Virus record (IMG/VR): IMGVR_UViG_3300049139_000062
Coordinates: 1 to 30,268 of that record
Strand: one strand, 5' to 3'
DNA: 30,268 nt
Source: a virus
Lineage: Duplodnaviria; Caudoviricetes
The notes under the pieces were generated by a model that saw only the letters and a program-made list of their open reading frames with translations, searched no databases and had not been told where the DNA came from. Numbering within the stretch: position 1 is the first letter of the stretch; each line of letters starts with the position of its first letter. The translations under genes and the position numbers were made by a program. Below, piece after piece: positions 7,953 through 16,891 of this stretch.

Positions 7953-7982
7953 TTTCGTATTCTCCGTTGCTTGAGAGGGTGA

Positions 7983-8294
7983 TCAGGTGGCGTCGCGCCA
8001 CGCTTTGGTGAGGACGTAGACCTGGGCGCCAGCGAGAACGATGTCGGTCTGGGTTGCCGATGAGCCCTTGTCGCAAAGCGGCTTGAGAACGCTGTAGGCA
8101 TTATCCGCGATGCGCTCGACGTTCGCCGGAACGGCTTCGGTGGTGGCCGCGGCCTTGATGTAGCCGTAGAATGTCTGGCCTGTGGTGCATGTCTTGGCGA
8201 GAACGGATTGGTGTTCCGGCGTCAGCGTGTTGGTGCAGCCGGTAGCGACGAGCAGGCACACGCCGGCGATCGCCAGTAGAAAGCGCTTGATCAT
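7983..8294 (-). CDS. lipoprotein in the lysis cassette (spanin-like candidate)
   Basis: MIKRFLLAIAGVCLLVATG-C lipobox-like signal; real start at 8294. Confidence 0.7.
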   Translation of the reverse strand: MIKRFLLAIAGVCLLVATGCTNTLTPEHQSVLAKTCTTGQTFYGYIKAAATTEAVPANVERIADNAYSVLKPLCDKGSSATQTDIVLAGAQVYVLTKAWRDAT

Positions 8295-8338
8295 TGTCTT
8301 CGTCCCTTTGAGATTGCCCCGAACCGCGGGGCGCGGTT

Positions 8339-9007
8339 TCAAAGCTTCGCCGCGACAGCCGCGCGCATCATGTTTCCGATGACGAGCGCGCCGCGCGCCT
8401 GGTCGTCCCAAGGCAGCCGGGCTATGTCCCACTTGCCGCGCTGGGTGACGCCAAGCGTTGGCTGCACCTCGGCATGGGAAAGCACGGTCGCGCGCGTCAC
8501 CGGTATCGAATAGCGCCGGCAGAGATCGGCGAGCACGGTCGACAGCGCATCCCACTGGGTTCGGGTGATGGGCGACTTGCCCGGATCGAACGGAGATTCC
8601 TTCGCGCCGACCATCCCGCACAGGCTCACGCCTATGGAATTGCTGTTCAGATTGAGCGTGTGCGCGGCGTAACCCGGCTTGACCGGCGCCGAGTTTTTGT
8701 CGATCGACGGAACCCCGCGGACCAGCTTGCCGTCACCCTCGACTAGGATGTGATAGTGCTCGCGGTCGGTGGCGCTGGCCTTGTTGCCGCCTGCGGTCCA
8801 GTGGAAGACTATCCGCAGCATCTGCGCCCAAGGCATCCAGTCGGCCGGGACATGCCCGGAGAGCGGCGGAGGGGCAGCAGGAGCGCCGGGGAGCCCGTCT
8901 AGGGCAGCATTGACCGCCCGGAGCGTCGACGGCCCTAGCAGGCCATCCAGCGGGCCAGGATCAAGCCCAAGCGACTTCAGCCGCCGCTGCAGAGCGAGCA
9001 CGGTCAT
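8339..9007 (-). CDS. endolysin, N-acetylmuramoyl-L-alanine amidase with N-terminal peptidoglycan-binding domain
   Basis: PG-binding LQRRLKSLGLDPGPLDGLLGPST; amidase motifs IVFHWTAG, YHILV, AHTLNLNSNSIGVSLCG, VLSHAEV. Confidence 0.9.
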   Translation of the reverse strand: MTVLALQRRLKSLGLDPGPLDGLLGPSTLRAVNAALDGLPGAPAAPPPLSGHVPADWMPWAQMLRIVFHWTAGGNKASATDREHYHILVEGDGKLVRGVPSIDKNSAPVKPGYAAHTLNLNSNSIGVSLCGMVGAKESPFDPGKSPITRTQWDALSTVLADLCRRYSIPVTRATVLSHAEVQPTLGVTQRGKWDIARLPWDDQARGALVIGNMMRAAVAAKL

Positions 9008-9043
9008 GGGATTTCCTCGAGAGTTGGTTGGGTCGGAGTTCAC

Positions 9044-9232
9044 ATGCCGCCGCGGAAGTCGTATATTGCCCGCATGGACACGATCGTTTCGCGGTTTGGA
9101 CTGCTGCTCTACTTCGTCACCGGCCTATCGGTCGGGGCGCTTGCTTTCATCCTGGTCGAGACTTTGGATCGCGCGCAGTCGTATATCCCGGCCCCTGCTG
9201 TGTGCGGAACGACGGTTTCGGCCTGCATCTGA
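9044..9232 (+). CDS. small single-TM hypothetical protein (start may be the internal Met)
   Basis: Hydrophobic FGLLLYFVTGLSVGALAFILV and a C-terminal C-x6-C. Confidence 0.5.
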   Translation: MPPRKSYIARMDTIVSRFGLLLYFVTGLSVGALAFILVETLDRAQSYIPAPAVCGTTVSACI

Positions 9233-9325
9233 TCTGCCATCATCCGATATAGTTAAGACCCGAAATTGCCAGCCAAAATCAATGGCTTGCCGCTGCTCGA
9301 CTTTATCATCCGCAGTATTCGAAGG

Positions 9326-9340
9326 TTAACGTTTCGTTAA
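9326..9340. promoter_or_regulatory. CtrA-binding box upstream of the pilin gene
   Basis: TTAA-cgtttcg-TTAA is an exact TTAA-N7-TTAA. IHF consensus AATCAATGGCTTG at about 9277. Confidence 0.75.
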
Positions 9341-9431
9341 ACCCCGTTGACTCCTTGGCGTGAGCGGGAGTTAGATTAGGGTCAGGCCGGGGAAGACGCC
9401 TCGTCCACGTTTAGTCAAGGGGGTTACGGGA

Positions 9432-9650
9432 ATGAAGAAATTGCTTACGCTTGCCAAGCAGTTCCGCGATGAGGAATCCGGCGCTGCTATGGTGGAATAT
9501 ACGATACTGCTCGGAATCATCACTTCGCTGGTGATCCTGACGGTGCTTGCGGTCGGTACTTATGTCAGCGGCACCTGGGATGCTTTCTGTAGCACGCTCG
9601 ATTCAGCGGGCGGAGTGGGATGCTCGGTTGCTGGGGGCGACGCCGGTTAA
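9432..9650 (+). CDS. flp: Flp family (Tad, type IVb/c) pilin
   Basis: Leader ending FRDEESG, then AAMVEY with E+5/Y+6 and a hydrophobic helix; 72 aa. Confidence 0.93.
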   Translation: MKKLLTLAKQFRDEESGAAMVEYTILLGIITSLVILTVLAVGTYVSGTWDAFCSTLDSAGGVGCSVAGGDAG

Positions 9651-9714
9651 TGCCATAACCGAATACATCGGCGTCTGTTTAGGGAACCCCTTCCCGCCCG
9701 CAGACGCCTAGCAG

Positions 9715-9752
9715 GCAAGGGCGCTGGGTGATTATCAGTGCCCTTGCTTTTT
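9715..9752 (+). terminator. intrinsic terminator of the pilin moron
   Basis: GCAAGGGCGCTG...CAGTGCCCTTGC-TTTTT, with a second hairpin GGCGTCTG/CAGACGCC at 9670-9708. Confidence 0.75.
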
Positions 9753-9758
9753 GTATGG

Positions 9759-10955
9759 TCAGAGCCCTGTGATCGTCTCTGGCGCTGTCTGATCCGGATC
9801 GAGATATAGGATCTTGTCGGGAAGCGGTGACAGCCCGAAATCACTGCGCAACTTGCCGGTCGTGGCATTGGCGAGCAGCGCAGTCTTGACCGCCTGGACC
9901 TGTGTCCTTCCTGTCAGCCGAGAATGCCCCTGCAACATGCAGGCGATGACACCGGACGTATATCCGGTGGCCGCGCTCGTGCCCCCGCCGCCTAGAAAAT
10001 AATCGCTGTCTCCGGCTATTGCCGCCGCGCGTGTAAATTGCCCAGGCCCAACTAGATCGATTTGACTGCCGTAGTTGGTGATGACCATGGCGCCATTGTA
10101 GGCCGAGTAGGCCGGCAGATCGGCAGGGCCGGCCGCGCCAGCGACGATGATATCGGAAACAAATGCAGTCGGGTGGGCTTCGACCGTTAGGAGTTCACCG
10201 GCGTTTCCCGCAGACACACAGACGACAATTCCTGCGTCGATGAGGTCGCCCAGGGCGCTATTGGCGGCACCGCCGAAAATGGGAGTATAGGACAGGTTCG
10301 CAACGGCCGGGCGGTTGGTGCCGCTTCTGCCATTATAGTGGATGAGCAACTGGCCGATGGCCGTAGCAACAGCCGTGGTGCTAGTCGTACCGGCCCCTGC
10401 AGGGGTCTCTATTCCGAAGCTCCAAAGCAGAGCGCCGCGCGCCAAGCCTGTTGTTTCGCCAGCGCCGTAGCCGCCAATACGCGTCCCATGGCCATGCAAG
10501 TCGCCAGCGCCGCCCGTCGAAGAAAACTCATAAACATTGGTGGCGCGCCCTCCAAACTCAACGTGCGTCGAACGAGTGCCCGTATCCAGAAGGTAGAAAT
10601 CAACGCCCGTCCCGTCGCGGACGCATCGAAAATAGGTTTCGATGGGGTGCCGCATGTGATCGACGTTCCACGGCGCACGACGCCGGATCGTGCGCGCGAT
10701 AGCCCACGAACCCTGTTCCAGGTATACGTCCAAGGTAAGCGCTTGATCGGCCGGCCTAACCAGGGCCTCGCCATCGTCGATCGCGTCAATGGCAGTATCA
10801 CCGCGACCTAGGAAAGCATCGGGCGCAACGCCATCGATCACAAAATGGCGGGGGAGCCCGTCTATCGACCGGAACTTCAATCCCGCCTGGCGCAGTTCGC
10901 TTATGAAACGGCCTCGGTCGCGGCCCTTCTTGATGCAGAGTATCGTCTGTGCCAT
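9759..10955 (-). CDS. S8 subtilisin-like serine peptidase
   Basis: Triad LLDTG, HGHGT, GGTSAA; oxyanion SAGN; proteinase-K-like 'GTGVDFYLLDTG..HVEFGGRA'. No signal peptide seen. Confidence 0.92.
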   Translation of the reverse strand: MAQTILCIKKGRDRGRFISELRQAGLKFRSIDGLPRHFVIDGVAPDAFLGRGDTAIDAIDDGEALVRPADQALTLDVYLEQGSWAIARTIRRRAPWNVDHMRHPIETYFRCVRDGTGVDFYLLDTGTRSTHVEFGGRATNVYEFSSTGGAGDLHGHGTRIGGYGAGETTGLARGALLWSFGIETPAGAGTTSTTAVATAIGQLLIHYNGRSGTNRPAVANLSYTPIFGGAANSALGDLIDAGIVVCVSAGNAGELLTVEAHPTAFVSDIIVAGAAGPADLPAYSAYNGAMVITNYGSQIDLVGPGQFTRAAAIAGDSDYFLGGGGTSAATGYTSGVIACMLQGHSRLTGRTQVQAVKTALLANATTGKLRSDFGLSPLPDKILYLDPDQTAPETITGL

Positions 10956-11563
10956 CAGATCGATGCCTCAAGCGCCACGATCGAAAAGAACGTCCGCTCC
11001 TCGTTCTGTATTGCCTTGCTGGTGACACTGGAGAATACGTAGGTGGCTTCGAAATAGTCACCGGCTGCCACAATGAGCGGGCCGGACGCCGACGTGAGCG
11101 TCTGGTTCACAAAGCCGGAATCCATCGAATTTGTGGCAATTTGCGTGGTGCCGCCTTTGCGGATGGCCAGAGAGATACTTACCGCCGAGCCGCCGGTCGC
11201 CCGCAGTCCGGCAAAAAGCATTACCTTTGTAACGCCCGCCGGGATCGTGAACCGCGTTGGAGCCCCCGCAGACCAGAAGCTATTGGTATCAAATCCGGTT
11301 GTGCTAACAGACTGCCACGCAATGGCATTTTCCGACGTATTGGGCGGTGTAACTGTTCCTGTTAGAAGTGCGCGCGCGCCGATCAACGGCTCGCTTGCCG
11401 GGACAACGGTCGGGTCGGTGTTGATCGCCGTCTTCAGGTTTGCAAAGCTGACGAAACGGGAATTACCAGACGCGTCTACCACATAGAGCCCCTGCGCCGA
11501 TGCAACCTCACCGGATGTCAGGCCCACGCCGCCGTTCAGGTCGAGAAGTTCAGAACTAGCCAT
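10955..11563 (-). CDS. tail fibre / receptor-binding-like protein with C-terminal beta-sandwich
   Basis: FWSAGAPTRFTIPAG...LIVAAGDYFE resembles C1q/TNF-like fibre tips; position in the tail operon. Confidence 0.55.
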   Translation of the reverse strand: MASSELLDLNGGVGLTSGEVASAQGLYVVDASGNSRFVSFANLKTAINTDPTVVPASEPLIGARALLTGTVTPPNTSENAIAWQSVSTTGFDTNSFWSAGAPTRFTIPAGVTKVMLFAGLRATGGSAVSISLAIRKGGTTQIATNSMDSGFVNQTLTSASGPLIVAAGDYFEATYVFSSVTSKAIQNEERTFFSIVALEASI

Positions 11564-11766
11564 TACCGTGCGTCTCCGCTCAATTCTAGAATGTCGTCAG
11601 TGTCGGCTTGCTGGTCGCCAGACAGGAGAAGCCCAGCCGGCGGATCGAGTTCGTCAATGGAGGACAGCAGGAGCGCAAACGTCAGGTCGGGGTCGGGCGA
11701 TGGGCCAGGACCGCCCCCGCCGGAGGACGCCAGCCCTCCGATGCATCCCAAGAATCCCGGCAGCAT
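11563..11766 (-). CDS. small tail-fibre-associated hypothetical protein
   Basis: Coupled on both sides; G/P linker and repeated L-x-LS(GD) motif. Confidence 0.6.
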   Translation of the reverse strand: MLPGFLGCIGGLASSGGGGPGPSPDPDLTFALLLSSIDELDPPAGLLLSGDQQADTDDILELSGDAR

Positions 11767-12542
11767 CAGGCGACTCCCGCAACCAGGCTCGCATAGATGA
11801 AGTTCGCCGCGATCACCTGATAGAACAGCAGGTCGGTCGTACTGGCCGCCGTGGAGAGTGTCGGGTCGGTGCCGCCGGCGAACTTCCAGTCAGCATGATA
11901 GGCCAGCGTGCGGGATCCTGTGCCGTCCTGCACGATGCGGATGAAGCCGCTTTGGCCCACCTTCGTATTCGAAGGCTGCCCCAGCGTCCTGTTTCCACCG
12001 AGTGTCACTGTGGCGTTGATGAACGTGGACATATCGACAGCGATTGTTGCGGCATCAGTGAGCGCAACCGTATCCGCAGCGGACCAGACGACGCCGGTCT
12101 GAAGGGTTTTCCCCGCTACGTTTGCGCGATAATCCGAAACGGATGCGATGGCGCTTGCGGCAGCCGCCGCGATCACCGTGCCTCCTAGGCTGTTTGTCGT
12201 GCCATCTGTATTGAGGAAGCCAAGCTCTCCGGCAGCTACCGTGATTGTGGTCGATCCCTTGGTGACGGTGATGCTATCTACGGCGTCCGTGTTGTGGACT
12301 ATAAACAGCGCTCGCTTTACGGCAGGGATGGTGAGAACCCGAGTTGCCGACAGATTGCTCGGAATGAACGTCATCGCCGAGCGGAACTGCGCCGCCGTGA
12401 GGGTCACATTGCCCGCCGTGAAATCGACGGTATAGAAGTCCTGCAAGGCATTTCCGAGCGCGGCGTCACCATCGTTCGACGTTTGCCATTGGCTGTCCGC
12501 CTGGCCATCAGCAATGGCCGGGAGATTTAGATCATTTGCCAT
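11766..12542 (-). CDS. tail fibre/baseplate-attached protein (DUF2793-like N-terminus)
   Basis: MANDLNLPAIADGQ...NDGDAAL start after GGAG; C-terminal VTLGGNRTL...QDGTGSRTL...PTLST module common in fibres. Confidence 0.7.
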   Translation of the reverse strand: MANDLNLPAIADGQADSQWQTSNDGDAALGNALQDFYTVDFTAGNVTLTAAQFRSAMTFIPSNLSATRVLTIPAVKRALFIVHNTDAVDSITVTKGSTTITVAAGELGFLNTDGTTNSLGGTVIAAAAASAIASVSDYRANVAGKTLQTGVVWSAADTVALTDAATIAVDMSTFINATVTLGGNRTLGQPSNTKVGQSGFIRIVQDGTGSRTLAYHADWKFAGGTDPTLSTAASTTDLLFYQVIAANFIYASLVAGVA

Positions 12543-12550
12543 GAAGGCTC

Positions 12551-15500
12551 CTAAAGTGTGATGGTCGCTTCCCGCGTCGGGCATACAACGCCAGTTCCCG
12601 AAACCTGCCGAACGTCGAAGGTCAGGGTTGCAGGCATTGAGCCGAAGTCTGTGGTGATGTCGGCCGCCAGATAGGTCTTGGTCGTCGCGTCGTTCACCGT
12701 GAAGGTGCGCAGGACCGTTCCGGCAGGGCCGTCCTTGATCCTGACGACGTACTGCTCCAGCGTCTCACCAAGCGGCGCTTCGACTTCCCCGTCATCGACC
12801 CAATACGCCCCGTAGCGAGCGCGGCGGACCCACGATAGGTCAATGTCCGAACCATCAATCACCGCGTCCAGATGAGCGGGTTTCGGTATCTTCTCGGCCT
12901 CACCTGTCACCGTCCGGCTGACCGCAGGAGTAGAGGCAAGGTTGCCGCCGAAGCCGACCGGCTTAAAGCTGAAGGCATCATTCAGGGACGCAATGGTATA
13001 ATCGAGCCGCTGGACGTTTTCTTCCGAAAGCCAGACGACAAGATCCCCGATTGCGTGGTCTCCGGTGAACTCTTCCGACGAACCCCTGCCCCTGCGAAGC
13101 CCTTCGAACGTGAACGTGCCGTCCGCGTTGTCGGTCAGGGTCATGACCTGGCAGACTTCCCACCTTCCCGGCTGGCCGATGGCAAAGAAGTTCGCCCCGT
13201 TCATCACCTCCAGATAGGTCTTGGAAACCAGCAGATCGGTATCCCCGGAGATGATCGCGACATCGATCGAGCGGGTTAGCTCGGTCACATAGGGAATATC
13301 CCAATCCGGCAAGGCAGAGAGCGCCACGCCGGCGAGGCCGTTCGTTACCTGGCTCGCAACGGCAATCCCATCCCGGTACAGCGTTGCGCCGCCCCAATAG
13401 GTCTGCCCGGCAGAAGCGAGGACATGATACTGAACCAGACCAGTCCCCGCCAAATCGTGCGCACCAGCCAGAAGCGGGATGTCGAGATGGTAGTATTTCG
13501 AGGCTGGCGAGCCGACCGGGTCGGGGTCAATGGGACGACCAACCGCGCCGGAAACAGAAATCGCAACACTCTTCAGGAACTCGGTCGCCTTAACCTCGAT
13601 AGAGAAATCAGGGTTCAGCGTCGTCTCGACAATGCGGGCCGTGACCGTCCGACCGGCGAAGGTGAACGTTTCGATGTCTTCCGGTTCCAGATCGGCGTGT
13701 TTTGCACGCAGCCCCTTTGTGAACTCGTGCCGTTCAACCGCGAGCCGATGAACCTTCTTCGTTGCCAACGTCTTGATGGCGTCGCCATCGACGATGATCG
13801 GAATATCGGCCTTGATGGCATTGTCGGCCGGAGCCGCAGGAAACGGCACGGTCGGGATTTCGCCGTACTGCGGCCTGGCCTGATAAATCTCGTCCGGGTC
13901 GCGGTAGTTGATGCCATACCGGGAAATGAACTCTTCCGGGTTCAGCCGCCTTGCGCGGATCGCCTGCCTGCCACGGTCCACGAGATCGGTTGAGGTAACG
14001 GACGCATCAACCGCATAAGCGCCATCCGTCGCGGCGCGCTTGAAGATGATCTGCCCGGCCCGCTCAAATATCGCTATGGAATAGGGCTCGCAGATCGAAC
14101 GAGCGATTTCACGAACGCCCGAAGTCACGTCGATCACCGCGCCGTCGATCACATCGTCTATGTTGATGGTATCGACCTCAGATGATCCGAAGCCGCCGCC
14201 GTGAACCATCAGGTCTTCCAGGAAATCCGACAGGTTGCGCTGCGTGCCGTCGCCAGCCGCATCGAACACAATGCGGACAGGCGCTGCACCGTTGTCGGTC
14301 ATGATCGAAAGATCGGCTTCGCCGTCGTAAACTAAGCGGAACGTTGACGCGCTACCCTTCGCAACGGATGCAGTCTCGCCGGTGTCAAGGTTGGTGAAGT
14401 CGTAAGACGTAGTCCTCTGGACATGGAACGTCCCGTCCAACCTGTTTTGATCTGGTGCGCCAAGCCCACGAAGGTTCGCGGAGGCCTCAAGCTGATACGG
14501 GACAGCCTTCGTCCAGACCGTCGCGCCGGTCGTTCCGTGGACGCGGATCGCCTGGGCATTGTCGGTCCAGACGATCACGTCGTCATCGTGGAATACGCAA
14601 TAAACCGGGTCGTCGGCGAAGGTGGCGTGAACCGTCTTGGAGAGGATCAGGCCAGATGAACTGACGACTAGCTTTACCAAGTCGTTATCAGCGCAAACCC
14701 ACACGTCTGCAGTGTCATCCCGGATCTCGCCGGGTGCCATGCATTCAATAGTCGCATAGCCTTCCCAGCTAGACCCCGAAAGGAATGTCCGCGTTGCCGA
14801 CGAGGCGGTCAGCGTGAATATGAAAACCGCTTCCGTCGAGAATGTGCTCCCGAGCAATAGTGCCGTGTTGCCGATGGTCAACAGGCAGGTTTGATTGATC
14901 GGAGCGGCCGGCGTTCCAAGTACCGATTCTGCGGTGATTGCTCCCGTCGTCGGGTCAATCGCAACCGCGTAATAAGGTGCCGCAGTAGTATAGGCCAGAG
15001 CGACAATCCTGCCGATTTCCGGCACATATCGAAACGAACCCTCTTCGATGTTGTTGAACGTTCCGGCCGCAAACGGAACAGCGTAAACCTCACGCAACCC
15101 GCCAATGTCGAACTTACGGATCAGGAAGGCGCTTGACGAATAGCCATAGAACACACCCTCGTCCCAATCGACAGCCGGCGTTGTGTTGATCGCATCGGCG
15201 AAGAAAGTGGTGAAGCTGTCTACGTCGGCTCCGGTTGCTGCATCCTGAACGACTTCCGCCTCGAATACAGGCGGCTGGCTGGCCTCGCCCATGTTGAAGT
15301 CATAAATAACGATATCGATGTAGCCGCGATGCGCGGAGACGTTTTCCTCGCCTTCCTCGTCAACCATGGTCGGGTCGCGACCCTGCGTCGAGCGCCCGTC
15401 ATAGAAGCGGTAGCGCAGCCCGTTGGCCCGATAGCCGGTCGACGCATCGAGGATCAGCCGGCCGTCTGCCCAAAGCCTGCGCAGCCCCCATGTCGAATCC

Positions 15501-15811
15501 GGCACGAGCGGAGCGCCAAAGCGAATGCGGCAATTCAGGATGACATCGACATCGGTATCTGTCGTGAACCCGCCAGTCGCAAAGCTGAACGACGTGCTTG
15601 AGCTGGTCTTTACGATGACATTGGGTGCCCAGACATAGGCGCCGGGAACCCTCGCTTTTCCGTAAAGGACGGGGACCGTCTGCCCGTAGGCGGAAGAGGG
15701 AAAGTTCTGCTGCGCGACCGGGGCGGCTGACGGAGCCGAGACGCTACCGCCAGTGTTGCGGTTGAATGAAAAGGGATTGGGATATACGCCGGTGGCGATC
15801 TTGTAGCCCAT
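12551..15811 (-). CDS. tail tip / host-specificity protein (GTA g15-like)
   Basis: SAYGQTVPVLYG, RRLWADG, SAHRG, LDIPLL, GLRRGRG, LSWVRRAR, PLGETLEQY motifs. Confidence 0.85.
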   Translation of the reverse strand: MGYKIATGVYPNPFSFNRNTGGSVSAPSAAPVAQQNFPSSAYGQTVPVLYGKARVPGAYVWAPNVIVKTSSSTSFSFATGGFTTDTDVDVILNCRIRFGAPLVPDSTWGLRRLWADGRLILDASTGYRANGLRYRFYDGRSTQGRDPTMVDEEGEENVSAHRGYIDIVIYDFNMGEASQPPVFEAEVVQDAATGADVDSFTTFFADAINTTPAVDWDEGVFYGYSSSAFLIRKFDIGGLREVYAVPFAAGTFNNIEEGSFRYVPEIGRIVALAYTTAAPYYAVAIDPTTGAITAESVLGTPAAPINQTCLLTIGNTALLLGSTFSTEAVFIFTLTASSATRTFLSGSSWEGYATIECMAPGEIRDDTADVWVCADNDLVKLVVSSSGLILSKTVHATFADDPVYCVFHDDDVIVWTDNAQAIRVHGTTGATVWTKAVPYQLEASANLRGLGAPDQNRLDGTFHVQRTTSYDFTNLDTGETASVAKGSASTFRLVYDGEADLSIMTDNGAAPVRIVFDAAGDGTQRNLSDFLEDLMVHGGGFGSSEVDTINIDDVIDGAVIDVTSGVREIARSICEPYSIAIFERAGQIIFKRAATDGAYAVDASVTSTDLVDRGRQAIRARRLNPEEFISRYGINYRDPDEIYQARPQYGEIPTVPFPAAPADNAIKADIPIIVDGDAIKTLATKKVHRLAVERHEFTKGLRAKHADLEPEDIETFTFAGRTVTARIVETTLNPDFSIEVKATEFLKSVAISVSGAVGRPIDPDPVGSPASKYYHLDIPLLAGAHDLAGTGLVQYHVLASAGQTYWGGATLYRDGIAVASQVTNGLAGVALSALPDWDIPYVTELTRSIDVAIISGDTDLLVSKTYLEVMNGANFFAIGQPGRWEVCQVMTLTDNADGTFTFEGLRRGRGSSEEFTGDHAIGDLVVWLSEENVQRLDYTIASLNDAFSFKPVGFGGNLASTPAVSRTVTGEAEKIPKPAHLDAVIDGSDIDLSWVRRARYGAYWVDDGEVEAPLGETLEQYVVRIKDGPAGTVLRTFTVNDATTKTYLAADITTDFGSMPATLTFDVRQVSGTGVVCPTREATITL

Positions 15812-16891
15812 TTACAGCCCCGCCCCGTTCACGAAGTCGCTGCCGGGAAGAAGGGCTTCAGCGCGATTGTTGATGGTGTTGTCGAATTTGTCCTTGCAGG
15901 TCGCAAACCGCTTGTCGCAGCCGGGGACGATTTCAAATGTGTCGCCAACCTGCACCGTCCACCGCGCCACATCCCAAAGCTGAATGCGGCTTGTCGATTG
16001 CGTCCAGACGCGAACCGAATTGTACAGGCCGGCATTGTTCCCGGTGATCCACTTGATCGAGCCGAGCGCGAACCAGCCATCGACTGCTCGGCTTTCCGTC
16101 AGGGTCGCGGTGAAATCGCCATCCGTGGCTCGGGTCGCGATGGTGCCCGACCGAACCCAAGCTTCCTCGGCCTCGAAAACAACCGTGCCGTCTGTCGTGT
16201 CACCCCCGACCGTGTAATCGTAGGCAGGCGCGGAGGCGTCCGTCGTGCCCGCCGTGGTGACGACGAACATCCGGTTGTGATAATCGCCGGCGTCCGAGAC
16301 GCGGACATAATCGCCGACCGAATAGGCTGTCGAGCGAGCCACGTCGTCGGGGTAAAGGGGAACGTTGCAGTAACCCGGCCGCATATCACCAAGAGCCGAA
16401 CGGCAACCGACCGACAGCTCCTCGACCTGGACCTCTTTGGCCCGCTGCAGGATGCCGCGGACCTCGAAAGAAGCAACTTTGCCCCTGTCGTCATAGTCGA
16501 TTTCCGAGACAGTATAGGGACCGCGCTGCATCGAGCCGTCTGCCGGGTCGTTGTAGTCGATCATGTAGAGGGTGATTTCCATCCCCTCGAATGTGCCGGC
16601 AAACACGTCCTCTTCGTCATAGAGGGCGGAGATTTCGGTCGGCGCCGTGATCTCGCCATCCGGCACGTCGCCATTGCCGCGGTCGCGCAGATTGGAAACC
16701 TTGAAACTCTTGTCCGCAGTCCAGACCGTGCTGAGCGCCGGGCTGCTGCCGGTCTCATCGAAGGTGACGTTGGAGCCCGACGTTGAGACGCGAACGGTCG
16801 TGCCATTGGCAAAGACGAACTTGCCCAGCCACGCGAGCGTGCGCGGCGTGGCCGACATGGCCGATTTAAGGCCAGCAGTCGTCGGCCTCAT
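15812..16891 (-). CDS. DUF2163 / BR0599-like baseplate hub protein
   Basis: CRSALGD...C; WFALGSIKWITGNNAG; PGCDKRFATCKDKFDNTIN C-terminus. Confidence 0.9.
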   Translation of the reverse strand: MRPTTAGLKSAMSATPRTLAWLGKFVFANGTTVRVSTSGSNVTFDETGSSPALSTVWTADKSFKVSNLRDRGNGDVPDGEITAPTEISALYDEEDVFAGTFEGMEITLYMIDYNDPADGSMQRGPYTVSEIDYDDRGKVASFEVRGILQRAKEVQVEELSVGCRSALGDMRPGYCNVPLYPDDVARSTAYSVGDYVRVSDAGDYHNRMFVVTTAGTTDASAPAYDYTVGGDTTDGTVVFEAEEAWVRSGTIATRATDGDFTATLTESRAVDGWFALGSIKWITGNNAGLYNSVRVWTQSTSRIQLWDVARWTVQVGDTFEIVPGCDKRFATCKDKFDNTINNRAEALLPGSDFVNGAGL

